A DNA stretch of 63,992 bases, the filler included, from Basidioascus undulatus (lineage: Eukaryota): NCBI GenBank assembly GCA_000826855.1. It is 17 parts of 17 records of this genome, joined end to end, with 100 filler letters (N's around TTAATTAATTAA, not from the genome) between each part and the next. Parts side by side here need not be neighbours in the genome. Positions count along the whole stretch, not along the records: positions 56,614 to 59,072 come from JTLS01002750.1; positions 59,173 to 61,627 come from JTLS01002751.1; positions 61,728 to 63,992 come from JTLS01002840.1; 14 more parts are not named here. One strand, given 5' to 3'. This document shows positions 58,734 through 63,992 of the stretch, one piece after another. The position numbers were made by a program, and so were the translations under genes. Within the stretch, counting starts at the first letter, position 1, and each line of letters opens with the position of its first letter. The notes below the pieces were generated by a model that saw only the letters and a program-made list of their open reading frames with translations, was not told the DNA's origin and did not search any database.

Positions 58734-58872
58734 CTTCATCTTCGTCTCCCCGTCGATCCTGTAGTTGTGGAGCGCCTCGCGCGCGACAGACGAGGACGCC
58801 TCGTCCGCGTACTCGACGAAGGCGATGTCCGCGCGGTTGGGGATGAGCCGGATTTCGGAGAGGTTCGGGTAC
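58734..58872 (-). CDS. Internal exon of a U1A/U2B''-type snRNP protein (C-terminal RRM)
   Basis: YPNLSEIRLIPNRADIAFVEYADEASSSVAREALHNYRIDGETKMK, flanked by AG and GTGCGT. Confidence 0.85.
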
Positions 58873-59172
58873 CTTGTCCCGCCGGCGGGCGCGTCAGTCA
58901 AGGGCACGGCGGAATAGGGAGAAGACAGGGCGGAGAAGGAAGATGGAGATGAGAGGGGGGAGAAAAAAGAAGAGAGGAGAGGAAAAAGACGAAGGGGAGA
59001 GGTTACAAGAGTGACGGTTGACAATCTGGTCATGTAGAAGGAAGAAAAATCAAGAAGAAATCCAGTACTGAANNNNNNNNNNNNNNNNNNNNNNNNNNNN
59101 NNNNNNNNNNNNNNNNTTAATTAATTAANNNNNNNNNNNNNNNNNNNNNNNNNNNNNNNNNNNNNNNNNNNN

Positions 59173-59402
59173 TGGAGATCGCTGCGTGCGGACGGTGAGG
59201 GTGGATCGAAGGCCGCAGGGAGGGAAGGAGGGAGGGCACCTGGGGCCTTGCGCCTGACCAGAATCACATCGCCGCCTCCATCCTCCTCCTCCCGCACCCC
59301 CTTCCCTCGAGCATTCCCCCTCCCGAGCCCCATCTCCGCCATTAGCGCGTTCAGGCTCGGCAGGTCGTCCTCATCGGACGAGATTTCGATCGCGAGGGAC
59401 AT
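59173..59402 (-). CDS. 5' end of an unidentified protein with a SIM-like acidic N-terminus (partial)
   Basis: MSLAIEISSDEDDLPSL...; open to the linker. Confidence 0.5.
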
Positions 59403-60841
59403 AGCTGCGCTTCTCCTCAGCTCTCCTCTATTCCTGTTCTAGTTTGAAGTACCATACGTTGGTGGATGGTGGATGAGAGGATGGGAGAAGAGGAGAATGG
59501 AGAGGAGAGGAGAGGGGGTTGGATGGAGACGCAAGTTGAACGCGATCCACGACGGACAGCGGTCCGCGCGACGCGCTTATTATCTTTGGGAACTGACGGC
59601 GTCGTGGTTCGGTTTGATATTTTACCACGTGAAGCTGACTCAGCAAGGACGGCGCGGTCTGCAGTTGGCTGCGACAGCACGCAAGTTCGCACGTTCTTGA
59701 GAGTAATTGAATGTGATTTTCAGCAACATTGTAGGCAAAAAGCATCTAGAAGCAGTGGGGGGTTGAAGACCGTTGCGGACAGCGCGATAGAAAGACCGGC
59801 AGACATGCGGCCGTCCTCTCTTTAAGAACAGACCTCGACGACCTCGACTTGGTTCATCCCGTTATGATTACTCATGAGCACTGCAGCTCCCTTCATGCTC
59901 TTCGAACCCATAGTTAACACCTCTCAATCAATTGCTCTCCATCGTGAGGGAGGCGGGGCTTCTGACTGCCGGGTTTTCAGCTCTATCTCCCCATATAAAG
60001 CCGCCTGGAAAAATCAGTACCGGACTGCCTTGCTGCAATTGCTCCTTACCTTCAGTCAGACGCAGACCGGGTAGCGTGGCAGTACGCCTCGCCAGCGAGC
60101 TTGAGAGTCAAACATCACACAGCGCGATTCCAATGGATTGGCAGTGTTTAGAGCGCATTCTAGCCTTGAAGGCCATATCATAGATATCAAGTTGAGTTGC
60201 AAACTCGTGAAGCTTTCTCGAGATCGATAAATGAAAGCTTGAGTAAGATCGACGGCGACTCGCAGGCGCAGGGGTCGCACAGCGCTTCCTGACTGTGTGC
60301 CCTGTACCCTGGCAGCCTAGTTGGCTTTCTTCCTGTTCTCGATGGAGGTCCCATGCACTCGTTCTCCATGGTCAAAATGTGAGGACCGAGCCTTCATTGA
60401 CGCTTCAGCAACCCTTTCGGACAACGCAGCGCTCGCTCCGCAGAGTTGACAGAGTTGAAAATAGACTGGCAGCAGCGTTCGGCCGTGCTGGCTGGTCGTC
60501 GGGCTGCCTCAAGACTGACTCCTTCGCCATCCCCTCTTCCCACGTTCGTATCAAGCTGTTATATTAGAAAAGATCATGCAGACCGTGATAGTCACTGTTC
60601 AAAAGACAGTCGAGCCAGCGATCCTAATTCGAAGCGAGTCGGCAGCCGAAAGAAACTGTCGTGGCTCCTCGTTGCGTCATCTTGGACGCAACGGCGCGCG
60701 CGTCCTGGACCTGATTGCAGCCCACCCTGCTGTCTTCTCCTGCTCTCCTCTCTCCACCACAACAATCTTCATCTGCCGTGTCCAGTACTACTCTCCAGTC
60801 CTATATCCGCGCCGATTCCTAGGGGACGATTCATCCACCAA

Positions 60842-61627
60842 ATGTCTTCCTCGCTCCTCCTCCGCCGCCTCCCCCCGCGGGCGCGCTTACCCCTCACACC
60901 GACCACGCGACCCCCCACGCTGTCGCACACGCTGCGGAGATATGCCTCGACGGGCCCGGGGGAGTCGGTGGACAAACAGGGCAAGGAGGGGTTCAAAAAG
61001 TGGGTTGTGACGCCCGCGAAATACGCAGCCTTCGGGGCGGGGAGCATCGTCTTTGGTTTGACAGCGTTCGTGGGGGTGTGTCCTCTCCCTCCCGCCTCCC
61101 CCCTCCTCCCACTCACTCTCCGCGAACCACAGATTCTCTTCATACACGATGCTATGACCTGTGCGGCCCCCCTCCCCCAGTGAGCGAGGAGGGAGCTGAT
61201 GGTTTTGTGCGGGCTGGGGCGGACAGACAAGTCGCAGCACATCGACCGCGTGCCCGTCTCGCCCCTCGCGCTCAACCCCGAGCGCGGGGGGCCCAAGAAC
61301 CTGCCCGTCGCACAGGAATTTATGGAGGACCAGGAGGACGAGGATGCGAGGAAGATTGCGGATAAGCCGCGGTTGGTTATTATTGGTGGGGGGTGGGGAG
61401 GTGCATCTTCCTCCTTTCTCCCTCTCTTTCAGGCCTGGGAGATTCAGAGGGACTGATAAGGGATGAGAGTGAACAGCCGTTGCCACCCTCCAGCACGTGA
61501 ATTACGGAGACTACAAAGTAACGCTTATCGTGCGTCTTCCCCCTTGCCCCTCCGCCCTTCTCCTCTCCCTCTTCCCTCCTCCCCTTCCCGTCCCTTCCCT
61601 TGCCTGCACCCGGCCGCGCGCCGGCGC
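60842..61627 (+). CDS. Mitochondrial alternative (type II) NADH dehydrogenase, long NDE type, 5' part
   Basis: Presequence, TM, PVSPLALNPERGGPKNLP, KPRLVIIGGGWGAV, DYKVTLI. Confidence 0.9.
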
Positions 61628-62116
61628 NNNNNNNNNNNNNNNNNNNNNNNNNNNNNNNNNNNNNNNNNNNNTTAATTAATTAANNNNNNNNNNNNNNNNN
61701 NNNNNNNNNNNNNNNNNNNNNNNNNNNCAAGGGCAGGGCAAGGCGGCGGGCGATATGGGCTTAGCTGGCAGTCGGCTCGTTCCACTGCCGGCGCTCGCTC
61801 AGAGTCTCCCGACGCGTCCCATCGCCTCGCGAATCAGAGTGTATGCGAGGGGAACTTCCATACTCACAGTTAACTGGATTGCCGGCCGTTGCGTCGAGCG
61901 TGTGAGACGACGGTGGAGGGGGTCCAAAGTCGGGAATGTGAGCGAGGGCGGGTCAGGGCAACTCGGGCGCGGCGATGCCGGTGCAGCGTCAAAGTGCGGG
62001 CGGGTGCCGCGCAGTGTGTGTGCAAGTTGCCTTAGTTGTCTACGATGAATTGACAGTATTTCTCTAGATAGGTGTTTCTAACCACATAATACGTTTTCTG
62101 TGGAAGTGGATGTGCA

Positions 62117-62192
62117 GTGACTGTGAGAAGGAAACAGAGTAAGACAGTCACGGATGTGACTCCTTCCATCCCCATCACAGGACACAGTCAAA
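62117..62192. promoter_or_regulatory. HomolD-like CAGTCAC motifs upstream of RPS28
   Basis: GTGACTG 62117, CAGTCACG 62145, TGTGACTC 62155, CAGTCAAA 62185. Confidence 0.4.
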
Positions 62193-62437
62193 CGTGGAAG
62201 CCACCCTGTTGCGACCACCAAGTTTGTCAATATGTAACACCACAATTCCCAAACCCATGACGGCATACGTAAAGTAATGGAAATGTAGGGAGGCAGTCGA
62301 AGAGAAGATGGAACACAGTCCCATCGGCCGGGAAGGAATTCAACCTTCGCCGATAGTTAAACCGCACGCTCCGAAGAAATTGCGCATCTTCGTCTTCGTG
62401 CCCCCGCCTTCGCCGACCTTACAACCTCATCTTCACC

Positions 62438-63031
62438 ATGGACGCCCCCGCCGCCAGCAAGCAGGTTGTCAAGCTCGCCAAGGTGACCAAGGTCCTCGGC
62501 CGCACCGGTTCCCGTGGTGGTGTCACCCAGGTAGGCTCCTTCCCCCATTCCCCATGCCCCTCCCTCCGTGGTAGTCTGACCTGGGGAATGGGATGGATAG
62601 GTCCGCGTCGAGTTCATGGACGACTCGTCTCGTTCCATGTGCGTTGAGATTGGGGGGATGGGGAAAGGAGGAAAAGGGGACTGATTTGGATGGGGATGGG
62701 GGATGTTACAGCATCCGTAACGTCAAGGGCCCCGTCCGTGAGAGCGACATCCTCGCCCTCCTCGAGTCCGAGCGTGAGGCCCGGTGAGTCGCTCTTTAAA
62801 CTACTCCCAGCGGTGCGGGCTTGGGAACGGGGGAAGCCGGGAGACGCACGGGGTGGCGGCGGTCCAGGAGCAGCAGAGCGAGCCGCCGTCTTTCATGTCT
62901 TCTTCTTCCACCCATCCTACCTCCCTCTCACTACCTCTCCCCCTCGCCCCCTGCACCGCCGCCGTCCGGAACGACCTTCGTCCTCAGAGCGCAACCGACT
63001 GACCTCTCCTCCCCCCAGCCGCCTCCGCTAA
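62438..63031 (+). CDS. RPS28: 40S ribosomal protein S28 (eS28), 3 introns
   Basis: [60 protein letters not shown]. Confidence 0.97.
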
Positions 63032-63555
63032 GCTCAACCCGGCTTGGTTCCCCCTTCCTCTGTCCTCTCTTCTCGGTCGGTCGGTTGTCCCGCATCCCGC
63101 GGGGCGTCCCTGCGGCGGCGCATGATGTACACGTTACTTTGGACTCGGCCACGCCCATGTTCTCTGCACGCATCTCGACGCACGCTCGTGGAGCAGAGAG
63201 TGTGTGGCATGCATGGACAGCCTGCGCGCTGGGCAGGCGGGGAGAGGGTGCTGCATTTGGAGGTTGGAGGCGTGTGTCTGCGGTTAGGAGCGACGAGATG
63301 GCGGGCCGTGAGAGCCGCGAGAGGGGACTCCCGTCGCGTGGGTGGCAGCTCTCGTCAGATTGGAAGACGCCCGCTATCAATGCAGCCAGCATCGCAAATC
63401 AGGTACTCGATGTTCAAGACCTCTACGAGTGCCTACTAGAAAGCATCGCGCGGCTCGTGAACCCGCATGGTCCGACCCGTTCCCCTTAGCCTTCTCCCAT
63501 CACCCTCTCTCCCATCCTAATACGCACGAAAGCATGCCCGCCTCCTCCTAGCCCT

Positions 63556-63936
63556 ATGCCGCCCTCTCCTCTTTCTCCTCCTGATCGCGCCGCGGCCCGC
63601 CTCATATTCACCGGCTACGCGCTCCTGCTCTCCTCGCTGCTCACCGCGCTGCTCGGCATCTGGGCGCTCTTCGCGTGTCACTGGGTGAGCGAGACGGGGT
63701 GCCGGGTGGGTCGTCTTCCTTCTCCCTTCTCCCTCTTCCTCTTCCAATCTCCTTCTTTCTTTATTCTTATTCTGTCCGGTGTGCGGGGGCGTTTTCTGAT
63801 GGTGGAGGGGAGGAAGGTCCTCGATTGGCTCCTCTACGACAACCACTACAAGTACCTCTTCCCGCTTCTTGTACCCCTGGGAGCGTACTGGGTTATTGCG
63901 GACTGGACGGCTTGGGAGTTGTTTAGACATAACTAA
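63556..63936 (+). CDS. PIG-Y/Eri1-like GPI-GlcNAc transferase small subunit
   Basis: Two TM segments; DNHYKYLFPLLVPLGAYWVIADWTAWELFRHN*; probable in-frame intron from the GTGAGC donor near 63685. Confidence 0.7.
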   Translation: MPPSPLSPPDRAAARLIFTGYALLLSSLLTALLGIWALFACHWVSETGCRVGRLPSPFSLFLFQSPSFFILILSGVRGRFLMVEGRKVLDWLLYDNHYKYLFPLLVPLGAYWVIADWTAWELFRHN

Positions 63937-63992
63937 GGGGAAGGGGAGGGAGAGGGGGTCGGGAGGCCATCGTGGCCGGGGAGAGTGTGCGA

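Noticed and set aside
2530..61683. TTAATTAATTAA recurring about every 2.5 kb as a repeat or CRISPR-like array
   Set aside because: Always embedded in N44 runs; an artificial six-frame-stop linker
1..63992. tRNA, rRNA, snRNA or CRISPR loci
   Set aside because: None recognisable by eye; tRNAscan-SE and Infernal would be needed to exclude small RNAs

Overview
Eukaryotic, GC-rich, very intron-dense fungal DNA, most consistent with a basidiomycete (Pucciniomycotina-like; inferred from gene content and GTGCGT/GTACGT/GTCCGT donors with CTGAC/CTAAC branch sites). The window is not a contiguous locus. It is 17 contigs joined by 100-nt artificial linkers (N44-TTAATTAATTAA-N44). Most are about 2.46-2.49 kb in descending length order, with one 23-kb contig (30902-53949), so gene neighbourhood is only meaningful inside a contig. 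Recognisable, mostly partial genes: TOP3, a Rim4-like RRM gene, a SnoaL-like gene, pacC/RIM101, cyclophilin-40, DUF3292, COG8, ATG4, MET2, an ARID protein, HOM2, 1-Cys PRX, a Xi-class GST, a HAD nucleotidase, mitochondrial AspRS, DUF2423, CLPTM1, FAS1, CREG-like, FUM1, U1A/U2B'', NDE-type NADH dehydrogenase, RPS28 and PIG-Y. Decayed elements: a LINE-like RT and pseudogenes of glucosidase II, an APH kinase and an F-box protein. The best novelty candidates are all on the 23-kb contig: two tandem intronless bZIP-like genes sharing an atypical basic region and an 8-residue insert, next to a PRX1 plus CPVC-motif GST pair; and a duplicated orphan single-pass membrane microprotein ending in GRFGG. 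All gene models were built by eye and no database searches were run.
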